This document shows, one piece after another, positions 49,395 through 63,600 of a stretch of 64,000 nt of DNA. The first letter of the stretch is position 1; each line of letters opens with the position of its first letter. The stretch covers positions 173,974,001 to 174,038,000 of the forward strand of contig NC_086097.1 of assembly GCF_963921235.1 (NCBI RefSeq). Reading direction: 5' to 3'. The DNA is from Mobula hypostoma (Eukaryota). The translations under genes were made by a program, and so were the position numbers. A model generated the notes under the pieces. That model saw nothing but the letters and a program-made list of their open reading frames with translations. It ran no database searches and was not told where the DNA came from.

Positions 49395-50360
49395 GACACC
49401 AGAGAGTTTGCAGATTGCAGGTGCTGGAAATCTGGAGCATTACACAAAGGAGCTGACGGAACTGGACAGGTCAGGCACCACCAATGGATGAAAAATGGAA
49501 AGTCGATGTTTCAGGTCCAGACCTTGAGAGACTGTTCTCTTACATCTTATCTAATCAGCACAAATTGAGTAATTAGATGCCCATTTCTGGCTCTAAGTGC
49601 TTTGGAGATTTGGTTTGCGATGAAGGCAAAATGCACCCAACATTTATGACTGAACACCAAATTTCATTAGATCTTTTTTGATTGGTTTGAACTGGACTTA
49701 ATCATGTTGTTATAATTTTGGAAGCTTTCATAATTCATAGGTGTTATAATTTTCAAGATCTGTGTAAAATGTCAATTATGGACAGTTCCACAACCAGTTC
49801 AAAGAAATAAGCCAATTTGGTAAAATTTTGGTTCCAATACCGACGTTTCCTCACTGTGAACCAAAGCTAAGTTGACTTCATTTGGAATGTAAGTGTGTCT
49901 GTGGATCACTCACTGGTTAAGGTGTCAGATCTGTTTCCTGCACATGCAGTAAAATATAAACAAAATGTTCAAACGGTCAAGCAGCAGCTGTGGCAAGAGT
50001 AACAAAGTTAATGTCGGTGATCTAATCACTTCTCGGCTTGGTAAATTCTGTCATTAACCAACTTGGCAGTGAGCATATATTGGACTTATGGAGGCGAATG
50101 ATAGGGGGAAGTTTTCAGTGTCATATGCTGCTTCTTTTCCTAGGTTTGTTCACGTGAACCTGGTGACATCAGAATTACCTTTGCATCGGCATCTATGTGC
50201 TACCCCTCATCAATATTAGCTGCTATGCTGATGAAGAGTTTTGACCTGAAATGCTGACTGTCCATTTCCCTCCAAAGAAACTGCATCACCTGCTGAGTTT
50301 CTCCAGCTCGTTTGAGTGATGCTCCTGATTTCCAGCATCTGCAGTGTGTTGTGTCTCTGG
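49395..50360. mobile_element. Two degenerate Penelope pseudo-LTR remnants in opposite orientation (~49395-49530 minus, ~50225-50360 plus)
   Basis: gtgctggaaatctggagca..ggtcaggca..agtcgatgtttcagg and ctgatgaagagttttgacctgaaatgctgactg..gatttccagcatctgcag. Confidence 0.6.
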
Positions 50361-50934
50361 TGTTGTTATTGGTAATCAGATGTATTTATCAATATAGATA
50401 CATAAATCAATATATTTAAAAGTTTTACCCAATGCAAATTGCTTGCCAGCATTTTCATTTAAGGTGAAACAGACCAGAACGATTTTTTTAACACAAACAT
50501 TTCACATTTACTGTGGCAGCTGACAGGCAAGTTCCAGAAATAATAACCCAGTCCGTAGTATTTATTGATGTTACAATCATCCATGAAGTGTATTTTTCTT
50601 TCATTTTGCAGAACAGTTCTTTGATGGGCTTGCTTTTATTTAATTTCTGAACAGTGTCTATTTGACCTCCACTGATCTCTAATCTCCCAGGTATTTTCAA
50701 AGTGCACTGTTCATTGTTGTACAAAGAATTTCCCCAAGGCCATTCTCAATGCTCTCCTTGAAGGTTGCTTGGGAATTTTCGCCTGTCAGTGTTAGTGTTA
50801 AAGCTTATCAGATGAAAACAATGGACAGTAACCGGCACATGTCTTTTTAAACATTAGATGTAACCCATGAATTTTTCTTGGTTGTCATGACTTGAATATA
50901 CAAGGTATACTGAGATGTACTACTTATTTACCTA

Positions 50935-52070
50935 CTGAATATTGAAAGGCCTATATAGAGTGGATATGGAGAAGATGTTTCCAATAGTGGGAGAGTCAAG
51001 GTCCAGAGAGCATAGCTTCAGAATAGAAGTATGTTCCTTTGGAACAGAAATGAGGAGGAATTCCTTTAGCTAATGGTTGCTGAATCTGTGGAATTTAATG
51101 GAGGCCAAGTCATTGAGTATATTTAAAGCAGAGGTTGATAGGTATTTGATTAGTAAGGGTATCAAAGGTTATGGGGAGAAGGCAGGAGAATGAGTTTGAG
51201 AGGGACAATAAATCATCCATTCCTATGTCTTATGGTCTTAAATATACATGAAAATATCAATAGTTAAATAGTTCAATATAATATCAGAGAATGTTTACAG
51301 TATACAACCTGAGATTCTTACTCTTTACAGACAACCTCGATACTTACAATTATATGTTCAACCATAAGACATAGGAATGGATGATTTACTGACCCTCTCA
51401 AACCCATCCTCCTGCCTTCTCCCCATAACTTTTGATGCCCTTACAAATTAAGCACCTGTCAACCTCAGCTTTAAAGAAAACCCTGAAGAATGAATAACAG
51501 AAAAATGTTAGAGCCCCAAAACTACCCTCACCTCTCCCAAGCACAAACAGCAGCAAAGCATCAACCCTCCCCCCACCCCTTGTTCCAGCAGGAAGCATCA
51601 GTGCCATCACCTACCAAGCAAATAATAGCAAAGCCCCCAAAGAGACCATAATCTGCAGTCCAACAAAACTATTGCTCACTCAACAATTCAACATGCAAAG
51701 GGCTATCTCTCTTCCTCTCTCGCTCACTCTCACTCTCTCACTAACAAGAGACAAAAAGGAGTCCTTCCACGTAAGAGGGGAGACCAACAAGCAACTTGCT
51801 GTTTCGATGTTACAGTCTGCCGCTTGGCTTTATATTTCAAGTTTCATTGACTCAAGAATCAACAGCAAACTCACCCCCAACATCGAGAGAGAATGGGTGA
51901 TTCCTTGAGTGTAGAGGCCTCTGACAACTGCACCCACTGTCTTGGAGTTTTGTTCTTCCACAAAGCCTCGGTTGCTGTCACCAGTGAGGAATTTGACTCC
52001 ATAGGGCCACACGCAAGGTGACATCCCAGGGCGCCCAACTTCTAAGCCACATCCAGAGTTATCGAAAACA
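50935..52070. mobile_element. CR1 3' fragments (~50935-51240 plus; ~51360-51475 minus) and a minus-strand SINE-like/non-autonomous element
   Basis: CR1 3' motifs (atttaaagcagaggttgatagg..aaaggttatggggagaaggcagga); the intervening element ends like the Rex-type tails seen at ~13740-13800. Confidence 0.6.
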
Positions 52071-52544
52071 GTTATTTCTACTGTATAATATGAGACAGTT
52101 CATAATATGAGACAGTTCTATTAAATCACATTTAACATTCTCTACTCTAAAATGACCAATACTAGTTGGACCAATACAATAATGTCCCTCCACATCATTG
52201 ATGTCATATTAGGGTTCAAAAATGAAGATTGAATATATATCAGCAGATGTGAGCACAGTCTTTGGTCCATTGATAAGATAGTGTTTGAAGATCAAACCCA
52301 GCATATCATGGTCTACTGGGAAGCAATGATCTCCGCTCTCCTGTGTGTTTCTGAGACTTGGACCACCAATAGCAGGTGTTTCAAGACACTGGCAAAATAC
52401 CTTCAATGTTGCAATGCTCTACATTGGTGATATCAGTCTCCTCTTCCAAACATACACCCACAGTATCAGAATCACGTATATTATCACTGACCTATGTCAT
52501 GAAATGTGTTGTTTCGTGGCAGCAGTACAATGCAAGACATAAAA

Positions 52545-53190
52545 ATTCATCATGGCTTGGCTTCACGAACAAAGATTTAGAAAGGCGGCTGCCCACATCT
52601 GCTGCAGGCTCGCTGGTGGCTGTCGAGGCCAATATGGGACAGGCAGTCCGGCCACAGCGGCTGCAAGGGAAATTCTGTTCTGGGTTTGGTGCTGCTGTGT
52701 CACGGTTCTTCCTCCTTCTCCTTTTGTCCTCAATGCCAGCCCTGCGTGCGTTCTCGAAGGAGGAGACAGACTGGTGAATGGTGTGTCGCCAGGCCTCGCG
52801 ATTGGAGGCTAGATTAGACCATTGGTGATGGTCAATGTGACAGGCACCAAGGGATTTCTTCAGAGAGTCCTTGTACTTCTTCTTTGGTGCCCCTCTGTCA
52901 CGGTGGCCAGTGGAGAATTTGCCATACAGCACAATCTTGGGCAGGCGATGATCCTGCATCCTGGAGACGTGCTCTGCCCAGCGCAGCTGCATCTTCAACA
53001 GCATGGCCTCAATGCTGGTGACCTCCGCCTGTTCGAGGACTTCGATGCTGGTGACAAAGTCACTCCACTGGATGTTGAGGATGGTGCGGAGGCAGCGCTG
53101 GTGGAAACGCTCAAGGAGTCGTAGGTGGTGACGGTAGGTGATCCACGACTGGGAGCCATACAGGAGCGTGGTCAGTACAATGGCTCTGTA
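52545..53190 (-). mobile_element. RTE (BovB-like) LINE 3' fragment inserted in a Rex-Babar 3' end
   Basis: LLKMQLRWAEHVSRMQDHRLPKIVLYG..RDRGAPKKKYKDSLK..FPCSRCGR; tail gaagccaagccatgatga. Confidence 0.88.
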
Positions 53191-53439
53191 AAAATTACAA
53201 TGTTACAAAATGTACATAAAACATAGTGCCAAAGAGGAATAGCAAGGTAGTGTTTATGAGTTCATGCGCCATTCAGAAATCAGATAATGGAAGCTGTTGC
53301 TAAAATGTTGAGTGTTGATCTTCAGATTCCTGTACCTCTTGCCCCATAGTAGTAAAGAGAAGAGGGCATACCCAAATCGTGAAGGTCCTTAATGATGGAT
53401 GCTCCCTTCTTGAGGCACCACCTTTGAAGTATTCGGTCG

Positions 53440-53840
53440 ACTAAGTTTGGCAGGCCCTGTTCTTCGCATGCTAGACACCAGCCTCCTGACACACCATTCT
53501 AAACTCTACAAAGAGAACCCCAGAAGAGCAGAGGAAACCATTCAAGAACGTATGCAAAGCTTCCTTACGGGAATGCAACATCTCCATCATCTCTTGGGAA
53601 TCTCTGGCCCACACTCGTGCAATGGGCTGAAGGAACATTGGGGATGGGTTTGAGAACATCACGGTCACGCTGCAGGACAACACAAAGGCCCTATGTAATC
53701 AGCAGAAGAAGAGGACCACCTCCAAAACTCAGCCACCCAAGTTGGTCGTCCCCTGTCCCATTTGTGGAGAAGCCCATGGTTCTCACGTTGACCTCTTTAC
53801 ACGTCTCAGAACCCACAGAAGTGGGAATGGAAGCAAAAAT
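53440..53840 (+). mobile_element. Degenerate RTE 3' fragment
   Basis: WAGPVLRMLDTSL-like remnant and cccctgtcccatttgtggaga (zinc-knuckle remnant). Confidence 0.55.
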
Positions 53841-54198
53841 TTCAACATTTAAGAAAAATGTATTTCTTATTTATGTGGCTCACTCGCGTAGTGGAGCCGG
53901 CCCAAGGCTTGGTCCTTGCCCTTCCTTGTCGTCAAACTGTTGAAAGACTGTTAACCAAAGGGGAACTGATTCCTTCCTGACTACTTTAAATGGAGGACGA
54001 TTCGTTTTATTTTAACGGTTAAATCATAAATAAGACTGCAACTTCGATTTTATGTGTTTTAGTGAAGGCTAGTCATGCACTGTCGTCTATTTAACAATGC
54101 CCCCTCAAATATCCCAGATTTAAAGCGGATATATTTCCCAACGTGTCTAAACACCATTTATTTGTCATTGAACAAAGGGGGCGAAATTCAGTCACAAT

Positions 54199-54376
54199 CT
54201 TCCCTTCCCACTTTCAAATCTCTATACTAGCTCTTCTTTGAGTTAGTCCTGACGAAGGGTCTGGGCCCGAAACGTCGACTGTACCTCTTCCTAGAGATGC
54301 TGCCTGGCCTACTGCGTTCACCAGCAACTTTTATGTGTGTTGCTTGAAATTCCAGCATCTGCAGATTTCCTCGTGA
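54199..54376 (+). mobile_element. Penelope pseudo-LTR fragment carrying an intact minimal hammerhead
   Basis: Near-identical (reverse complement) to 30868-31015; hammerhead at 54245-54280. Confidence 0.9.
54245..54280 (+). ncRNA. Minimal type I hammerhead ribozyme (Penelope-type, palindromic stem III)
   Basis: AGUC-CUGACGA-A-GGGU(CUGG)GCCC-GAAA-CG-UC-GACU: stem I AGUC/GACU, intact core, stem III replaced by the palindrome ACGU. Confidence 0.8.
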
Positions 54377-55679
54377 AATGGCTGACGACTTGAGTTGGAT
54401 GCATGAGGTAACATTGCAAAGGAGATCGCCTTGACGTTTCCTTTGCCCTGCACTGTTTCTTTTGCAGTCGATTAAGCTGCTTGTTTCACAAGCAATAATT
54501 TTTAAAGGCAGCGTTTTTCCTTAATTAACTTTGATAATATTCTCGCCTCCAGACAAACGATTTGACGTGATCATTTACAACAATTACTCCCAGATTTAAA
54601 GCGGATATATTTCCCAACGTGCCTAAACATCATTTATTTGTCATTGAACAAAAGGGGGCGAAATTCAGTCACAATATGACCTCAGCTCTAATGAGCAACA
54701 GGCGTTGCTTTTGATCCTGGTGGCAAAATACACTGAAATGTCGAACGCTCCAGGAGTTACAACGCAGAAAGCGGTCGGTAAAAGACATGGCAAATGGAAA
54801 CATTATTATTTGAAAGTGTGTTAAACCTCAATAACATTTGCCTCAAACAATTCAAGGGTCACTATTCAGGTCCATCAGATAGTCGGTTTATCGGTGATCT
54901 ACTCAAATATGTGACGTTTACACCGAATATCCTTGTATTTCCCATGCTGAGAAAGAATAACGTGCACTTGTATTTCGTCTTTCTCGTCCCGTGGCTTCCC
55001 AAAGCCTTTCCATATGTGCAAAACTACTCTAAAGGTACAGACTGTTTATTGGTGGAATTACCACTGCCAATTGGGCTCAGCAAACAATCAGCAACACCAG
55101 ATAATCTTTTTTTCACATATGTGTGCAATATCTAATCTTGCTAAAGATTTATACGTGCACAATAATATATTTATATGTGGTAAATATAGAGTGTTATATA
55201 TGCTATGTATACAATAATAAATCAATATTGATGTTCATTTATATATACAATTTTCATTTTGTATATATATACACAATAATATTGATTAATGTCTAAATGT
55301 CTGAACTGAGACAGCATCCCTGCTCTTCGGACCAAGTTGTCCTGCAAAAGGAACTTCGTTTAAGGACGCTATATGTCTAAGGTTATTCGTCCTTGCCGGG
55401 ATTCAAATTCATCCTGTATTTTGTTTTCAACTGTCTCGAGCGGATTAACCTTCTCATTCAAATACAAGAGAGCTACTCCACCGTGACGTGCGCAAGAAAT
55501 GCGACAGTTTCATATCGGGACGGCGAAACACTTTTGAAACAGGTTTACCGTTGTGAACATCGGATCCACCCAGGTTTTGATGGCATGAGTTACGTTCAGG
55601 CGGTGATCATTATACATGGAACGAATGTGCTTAATTCGGGTATCGAGCGAGCGCTTGGGAATCTGTGCAGATCTGCGAA

Positions 55680-57660
55680 ATAGAGTTGCACAGCAGGGAA
55701 ACATGCCCTTCAATCCAACTCGTTCATATCAAACAAGTTGTCTTACTGAACCAGTCCTATTTGCCTGTGTTTACCCATAACCCAAATATTCCTATCCGTA
55801 TACCTGTCCAAAGTATTTTAAGCGTTATAATTATACCCTCCTCTACCACTTCCTCAGGAAGCTCGTTCCACATGCTCATTACTATCTGTGTGGAAAAAGT
55901 TGCCCCATCGGATCCTCTTTTATCTTTCCTCTGTCGCTTTAAAATATATTCTCTGGATTTAGATTCCAATGCCTTTGTAAAAGGACTGTGACCTTTTCTT
56001 GGTCCCTCATGATGTCATGTACCTCAAAAAGGTTATCTATCTCTCAGGCTCCTGCTCTTCAGGCGAAATCGTCCAAGCCTGAGTCTCTTCGGCTGTCCAT
56101 CGATTTCGATGTTGACTGTGCTGAGAGTTTAGTCTCTGCAGGCACATTTATGGGCCACAAGACCAGCATTGGATCAGCACTGTCTCCCACATGGGTTGCA
56201 TTTGTGATTTGACTGGTCTAGCACCGAATGTCTGCGTTCATGACCTGCTTCATATTTCTTCTGCCTTTTCTCCTCGATAGCTGGGATTGATTTCTTGACA
56301 ATGCAGTGCCAGCCTCTTCTGTGCAAAGCATCTTTCTCCCGGGTGTTGACATTCATGTCAGTGTTCTTCATGTGGTGCTTGAGCACATCTTTGTAGGGCA
56401 GCTTCTGACCACCATGCTTCCTCTTTCCTTCAGGTAGCTCACCAGAGAAAACAGCTTTGGGTAAACGATCATCGCTCATTCTTGTGACATGACCAGTCTA
56501 ACGCAGCTGAGAAGCTGTAATGAGTGATTCTACGCTGACTGTCCCAGCACGCTTGAGCACTTCCACATCTGGTACCCTCTCTTGCCACTTGATGTGTAAT
56601 ATTTGGCGTAATTGCCTGTGTTGTGTCTTGGTCAATTTCTTGGTGTGCCTCTGATACAATGTCATCATTTCAGTTGAATAAAGCAGAGATGGCAAAACAG
56701 CTGTGTTATACACTTTGACCTTGGTTGCCATTTTAATGTCGTGGTGAGAACAAAGTCGCTTCTGCAAAGCACCAAGGACTTTTGTAGCTGATTGAATTCT
56801 CCTCTCAACTTCCAGATCTGATGAGTTGGTGTTGGTCACAGCACTTCCTAAGTATGTGAAAGAGTCAGAATATTTCAGCGCTACCCCATTGACCGATATG
56901 ACTGGTGGTTGGGTCTCACTGGGACTACACAGAGGAAGAGGCTGGTACAGAAGTTCGGTTTTGGAGACATTGATTCTTAGGCCAAAAAAAGTGGCAGCAA
57001 ACGAGAAGCGGTCTACAATTTCTTGAATCACATTAACATCAGTAGCAACCAGGACTGAGTCGTCTGCATACAGAAGCTCTCTGACACATATCTCTCTTGA
57101 CTTGGTTGAGGCTTTGAGTCTTGACAGGTTGAACAATTTTCCATCTGAGCGAGTCCTGATGTACACACCTTTGTCCAAATTATGATCCATTATTTCCAAA
57201 ACTGCAGCAAGATATGGTGTGAACAAAGTTGGAGCAAGAACGCATCCCTGTTTTACCCCGTGGTTGATGGGGAAGGTTGAGTAGTCCTTCCCTTTTGCAA
57301 AAGCTATCCTGTCCTGGTAACATCCCCGTGAATGATTTCTGCACCTTTTTCAACTTAATGAATCCTTCCAAAACCTAAGCGTCTAGAGCTGTACGCAAGA
57401 TTTCAAATGCGGTCCCTCTAGCGCCTTGTACAGTACCTGATAATTTCTCAACTCATTGCCCTGTCCAATAAAGTCAAGCATGCCAAAGGCCTTCTTCGCC
57501 ACCCTTTCTGATCTGTATCGCCAGGGGACTCCACACTTGCTTGTACCTACTCTGTTCTACTACCGTCACCGGGGCACTGCCAATTGTTGTGTAAAATTCG
57601 CCCTAGTTTTAATTTTACAAACGCAATACTTGGCATTTGTCCAATCATTTCTAAAACATT
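55680..57660 (-). mobile_element. RTE LINE fragment (~56060-57270) inserted in a CR1 3' fragment
   Basis: RTE RT: GVKQGCVLAPTLFTPYLAA..GKLFNLSRLKA..RELLYADD..FTYLGS..QLR; flanking CR1 motifs (MWNELPEEVVE; KKVQKSFTGMLPG). Confidence 0.88.
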
Positions 57661-57699
57661 TTCGAATATTGCCTGATCACACTAATATCAGTGCTCAAA

Positions 57700-60600
57700 G
57701 CCCATAACTCAGCACAACTCCTCATCCCACATCTCAAATTTGAGGACGAGTAGCAACAGTGATGCGAGCTAAAGGAAGCAGGTTCATTCGCACCCAGTGG
57801 TGATTTGTGAGGAATTCAGTGCCACTCAGTTTCTAGTTCAAAAAGCAGAGGTCACGTCCAGAGGTTGGGAATCAAATTTAATTCTGAAAAGTCGTTTGGA
57901 TCAACTGCGATTCTGCTTATTTCTACTTATTCCTACTTATTTCCAAATTTAAAATGGAAAAAAAACAAGAGTTAATGCCCCGGAAATTAAAATGATCTAG
58001 TAGAGAAATGGGACAAATGGGCTTGTCGCCGATAGTAATAGTGACAAGCAGTTTAACGTGCTGTTCACTCAAAATCCTTGCGGACAGGGATTAAGCAACC
58101 TCTCAAAATTACTTCACTCACAGCTATTAATATGAGTAAGATTCACTTCAGCTTTAGCCGTCGCCAATCTTCTTTACATAAGCTTTGCAGTCTCCCACAA
58201 TCAAGTTACATACAACGCTACAGTCAGCGCCGAACGGGTTCTCCAATTTCAACATCCCTCGCCAAATGGGAGAACAATCTTGTGAAGCCCTCTTCAAAGG
58301 ACGAATACTTTGAAAAGGTGCGTCACCTTCTTTGACTTCAACCTTCGATTCCTACGAAATCTACTTTTGCTGACACCATATTCGAAGATGAATGAGTTAA
58401 TAGGATGTGAGACTGATGTACTTTTGGCATTGGCTGCTTTTGATCAGAGTCCAATCCTCTGGGTTGCACAAACTCAACTTCAATACATTTAAAAGGGCTG
58501 AACCGACATTTAAACGTAAATATAAAGGCCCTGACTTCAGATTTTTCAAAAGGTAAAGGTACTTGCCTAGTCCATAATACTGTATATAGTTACTTCCTTT
58601 ATCTATGGCTCAGTTACACTATTTTAATAAAATTAAAAAATCGAACACCAATGCATTTATAAATGCCGGAGTAGGATATGATCATAACTAAGATTAATGC
58701 GACCAATTGATTAATTACAGAATAAATAAACTAAATTTGTGCCATCCCACAGACTCCGTGTGATTGTTAAGGACATTTTGGAGGACTATACTTGAATCTA
58801 TATACAACAATCAGCTTCGAGGTATTCGTCTTTTTCTTGAGTTTTCTTTTGCCTTGATTTCTAGGTTTCCTTTTATATTAATTTATATATCATGTCAATC
58901 TTTTAGCAATAATACATTCAAAACAAACCTTGCTCTACGAAAGAAACGTGCGGTCAACTGGTCTGGCGAAAACGGTCCGCAGTTTTTACCACATTTAGAA
59001 ACATTGGAGGATTTCATGAAATACTTAAATACACCATACCAATAGCCTCAAATCACTTTCTAGTTTAATCAGGCACATTCCATATTAAAAATATCAACCA
59101 GAATCTCACCACCTCACTATTTGCTTTAAACCGATTCGTCACTAAAACTTTGCTTTTACCTCGGCCGGGTAAAGCAAATAACAATCAAAATCATAATAAT
59201 GAGAGAAAGTGAGGACGAAGTAATCATCAGCCGAAAACTCTGAATGCAAAAAAATGCGCTTTGGGTATGTAAACTTTGAATTTCTTTTTGATTTCTTTTT
59301 AAATACCAATTACATTTTCTGGCGGCGGAACTGATAATGAGAACAATCTATACAGTTAAGAAATCCATCCGATTTAAGGTGTTGGGATCTATTTAGCCAA
59401 TTCATTGCTTCTGCGTCCTTCACTTAGTTCGACTGATCTGAATTCTCTAAAGTATTACAAAGTTTTAAAAAACAAAGGGATAGGAACACCTCTCGTTTCT
59501 GTGTACCTACATCCAAACGTCTTGAAAATTTATCCTCCTTCAGTGTGCTGAAGAAACCGTGAACTCCTCCCGGAAGACTTGGTAAACTTTGAATAACAAA
59601 ATATTACTTACACGTTTAGAATTGTCACTACGCAACTAGAGAAAAATAACTATTAGTACACAGACTGTACTGTAATGTAGTTCCACGATATTTACAACTA
59701 AACATAATAGATTGCCAGTAATAATGCAGTCGCGAGCTACTTACCTTGACAACCCATTAAAACTAGGGTGAAGTCTTCACTTAATTCGCGGAGAAGTGTT
59801 GTATAATATTTCCAATAAACTACTAAACTCTTGTACAGTTTATGATATTAGCATAGGCTTTGCAAGAAGCTAGAGTGATTTAAACACACTAAGTGGTTGG
59901 AAAGACACATTTTAATGCAATCGTCGGTAAAGGTAACTGATCCTTGCGATGGCTCTGCTATTTATTATAGGTTTCATTACACAGGGAGGTGTCATTATTG
60001 ACATTCTGATAGTTCATTACCGTTGGTCTTCATGCATAGTTATGGTCGCCTTTAAGGAAATTAAATATTATTTAATATTGAATGACATGTTATTATTATC
60101 ATAAAGATATGCAACAAAATAAAGAGATCATGAAATAAGGAATTTTTGTGATTTTGCGGAGAGAAATTAAAGAGTGTTCTTTACGAACAAATGCATGCTT
60201 TCGATACGGAAAGTGGCAACTGTATTCCTAAACAACATTGGGTGGGGGAAGGGCGGGGAAATCAAACCTATTTATTTACTCAGGAATTATAGTATGATAG
60301 GTTTCCAGTGGAGACATTCATGTTACATTACAGCAATTTTCTTCATTGGCTATGATTTCCGTGTGGTACCTTGTATTTTTAAAAAGACTCATTAATTTTC
60401 ATTCGGTAATGTCCCATTTCAAATTCAGCACACCAGTGACATTCTGTATAGAATATAATAGACTTATTTCTGAGATTGAAATTAGGACTATCCGGATGGA
60501 ATCTTTAGCCATGGCATACAAATTTATGTTTGTAGAGTTATTTGCCGTTAACCATCTGTTTACCACATTGCCTACTGATGAAGCAATTCCAATGAGTTGC

Positions 60601-63600
60601 CTTCAAATGACAGACGTCAGCTGCAGTATATACGTTTTCTCTGTATAGAACAATAAAAAGAAGAAAGATGAATCTACTGAAGGTTTGTGGTAGTTTTGAG
60701 ATACGGCATTAAGTTGTTCTTGTGAGAACCTCGGTCTGCGGGTGAATCATCATTAAAATGTTTGAATGATCCACCCACGTCTATGATATTTAAAGCACCA
60801 CTGCCTATTCCGTGGCGTCAAAACTGTAAATACTTATGTTCATTAACTTTACTTCCTTTAGAGCACAACGTCGGTGCCTTTTTGACAACTTTGCGACCCT
60901 GTTATTTCAGCTTCAAAATATATGAAAGCGGTCCATTCACATAATGTATTGCCTGAGGTTGTAACTACCAGAGCCTCTCTAAATCGAGGCAATGTCATAA
61001 ATATTTCAGAAATATGAGCCAACTCTTTTTTAATCCCGGAATTCACTTCACACTGTTTTAGGAATTTGTTTATATTTTTATAAAATGATATTTTGGAAAC
61101 TATTTACGCCTGCTACTTGCATAGAATTGATTGATTTACTATTGAACTATGAACTTTTCAAAATATTAAATACATGTAAAATCGCGTTGTTCTTCTTGTA
61201 TTAGGTTAGGTATGTTGGGGCATATTACTATGATTTATATGTATGTTAATACTCTTTATAATGTATATTAATATCACATAAGGATATTAATGTACAATCT
61301 ATCATCTGAAAATATATGTCAAATATCTTTGGACTACCATGAGTAAAATTAATATTCTAGTTTGACTATCTTTATATAGTATATCACGATGATACATTGC
61401 AATCCAACCTTAGTGAATATTATGTATTGATTGTACAACGTATACTGATTGATGTGTTGTATAAAATCAAATGTAGAGAAACAATTACTTTGTGCAATTC
61501 ATTACAGCTATAGCAAAATTTATTCTTTTTTCTGTTTGACATCTGGCCGGAGAAAGATTTAGGATGGTAATGATACGATTGAAAAAATAGATTCTACTTT
61601 TCTCTGCCATTTGAAGTAATGCCTCTGGAATGGACGAGAGTTCCCGTCTCTTCATTCACAATCTAGAAAATCAAGAGGTGGTTGTAGTAATAATTCTATG
61701 GCACGGGACCGACAAATCAATGCTAAGCGCCTGCTTTTGCTTCTTACGTTTACAATGTATGACATGTAATTCTTAAATCTCAGCATACTTCTGAACACGG
61801 CCTCTCTTTTACACAGCCACGCTGCTTACATTGAAGAGATTTTGCTAATCTTTTTGTCTATGTTTCTATGTCAGTAGAGTTACGTTGTGCTTGTTATTAT
61901 AGGAACAATACACATACATGTACATATATCCCTGCGGATATGTCTGACTTGCTTACGCTTAAGGGTTATGAGAAGCTTACTCACATTTGTAACGCTGGAA
62001 TGCAGTCAAAGCACGTATGTTAAGTCCTAACATCGCTTTCCACACCGACTACCCTTTCAGGTCCAACACGATTACAAAATGAATTCAATGAAATAATGAG
62101 ACTACTCTGCATTCAGAATAATCGATTATCCTGATATTTCGCACAACGGTCTTGCTAAAAGCCTGCAGCATTGCCACTCCGAAGAAAAAATACTAAAGCC
62201 TATTTTTCATAATAGTTTGCAATCACTCTTACTAAAACGCTAGATGTATAAGCACACAACTGGTTTTAAAACGGTCCTAACTTAAAAACAGCGTGGACTT
62301 TGGGGGTGGGGGGGGCGGACTCTGCATTCATAGAAAAGGAACTCAGGTGATCCAAGGCAAAGACTGCAAGACGCCGCGCTGTTCACAACAAAACTCTTGG
62401 ACTTAATCTGAGGACTAAAATAAAATAAACTAGAAAAGAAATGAAATGTTGCTTGCCGGTCCAAATATAGGTGTAAAATAGCCACTTTAAATTCAAAACT
62501 AAACCTTTCAGTTCTAGGATAGATTTGGGAGAAACTAGCTTAGACAGGGAGGACATGAAAAAATACTTTTCCTTCTGAACATATTGTCCACAAACCAAGC
62601 GTCCGTTGGTGAAAGCGTCTTTCCGAACAACACATACAAGCAAGTTTCGGAACGAGGGTCGGTGCCAACCACCACAGCCAGTTCCACTGGAAGGATAAAA
62701 GAACCAACGTCAGTATCCTCACCCAGGGCCAATGTCCCCAGCGTCCGAAAGATAAAAATTATCATATCATTGTCTGAGAATGCATCTTCGCGTCGCTCCA
62801 AAACTCCGCTTGCGCCGCTGCGCAACACAGTTTTCCAATGCAACAGGTGTTCCCTAACCACCTGTGGACTTAAACTGACATAAGCTTAAACCTATTTCAT
62901 ATATCACCCTCTGACTATTTGAATATATTAAGTATTTAACTGGAGAACGCGAGTCATCAAATAGTTAACGCAACGTTATTAAAGTATTGTATACTCTGTA
63001 ATTTAAACAGAGAACACTACTGTTTTGATTGTACGATAGGAAGTGATTTATGGACAACTTGAACGCTCCAGTGTACAAAGAATCTTTTTGCTCTCCTCAA
63101 TTCAAACCAATTATGGTATCGTGTCGCCAAAGCCGAATATATTTACATTATAACTTTTTGCAAGAGGTTGTCCCTTAGAGAAAGTTGGTTGTTTTCCATT
63201 CACTCCTTTCATGCGAAGCCATCTCAGCATAATTATTCCCAACAGTCCTAGTGCTTATATGAAGTATAGAAACCTAACTTATTTGGTTGTCATTGCAAAG
63301 ATCCGATGTATATGAGCACAGAAAGAAAAGAAAATGAGGAAAGAAAGCGAAGAGATGGCTCGTATGAATGTTAAACAGAATGGAACAAGGCCGTTTCCTT
63401 GTGATGTAAAAGATATAAAAAATCAAGCTAAAATCTTTTAGTTTTCTATATTTTAATTATGATTGACCATCTATTTAAATAAGTAATATTGGTAATATTA
63501 AACCAACCGATCCCTGAATTAAAATGCACATTATATCAAATTGGGCGCTTGTAACTCAAACCACAAGCAGCCCGGGACGCGTTATACTTGAATAACAGTT

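Larger units (their letters stand above)
54112..54675 (+). repeat. ~87-bp direct duplication (54112-54198 and 54588-54675)
   Basis: tcccagatttaaagcggatatatttcccaacgtg..gaaattcagtcacaat occurs twice, with 2 substitutions and a 1-bp indel. Confidence 0.9.

Noticed and set aside
50612..50690. Possible plus-strand exon (tttcattttgcAG| ... CAG|gtattt)
   Set aside because: Stops in all three frames and no supporting neighbours; cannot be supported without RNA data.
52084..52118. 17-bp tandem duplication ataatatgagacagttc
   Set aside because: Ordinary slippage-type microduplication.
62535..62883. Overlapping 108-aa and 99-aa ORFs in the CpG-rich block
   Set aside because: No recognisable domain or convincing splice context; expected by chance in locally GC-richer DNA.
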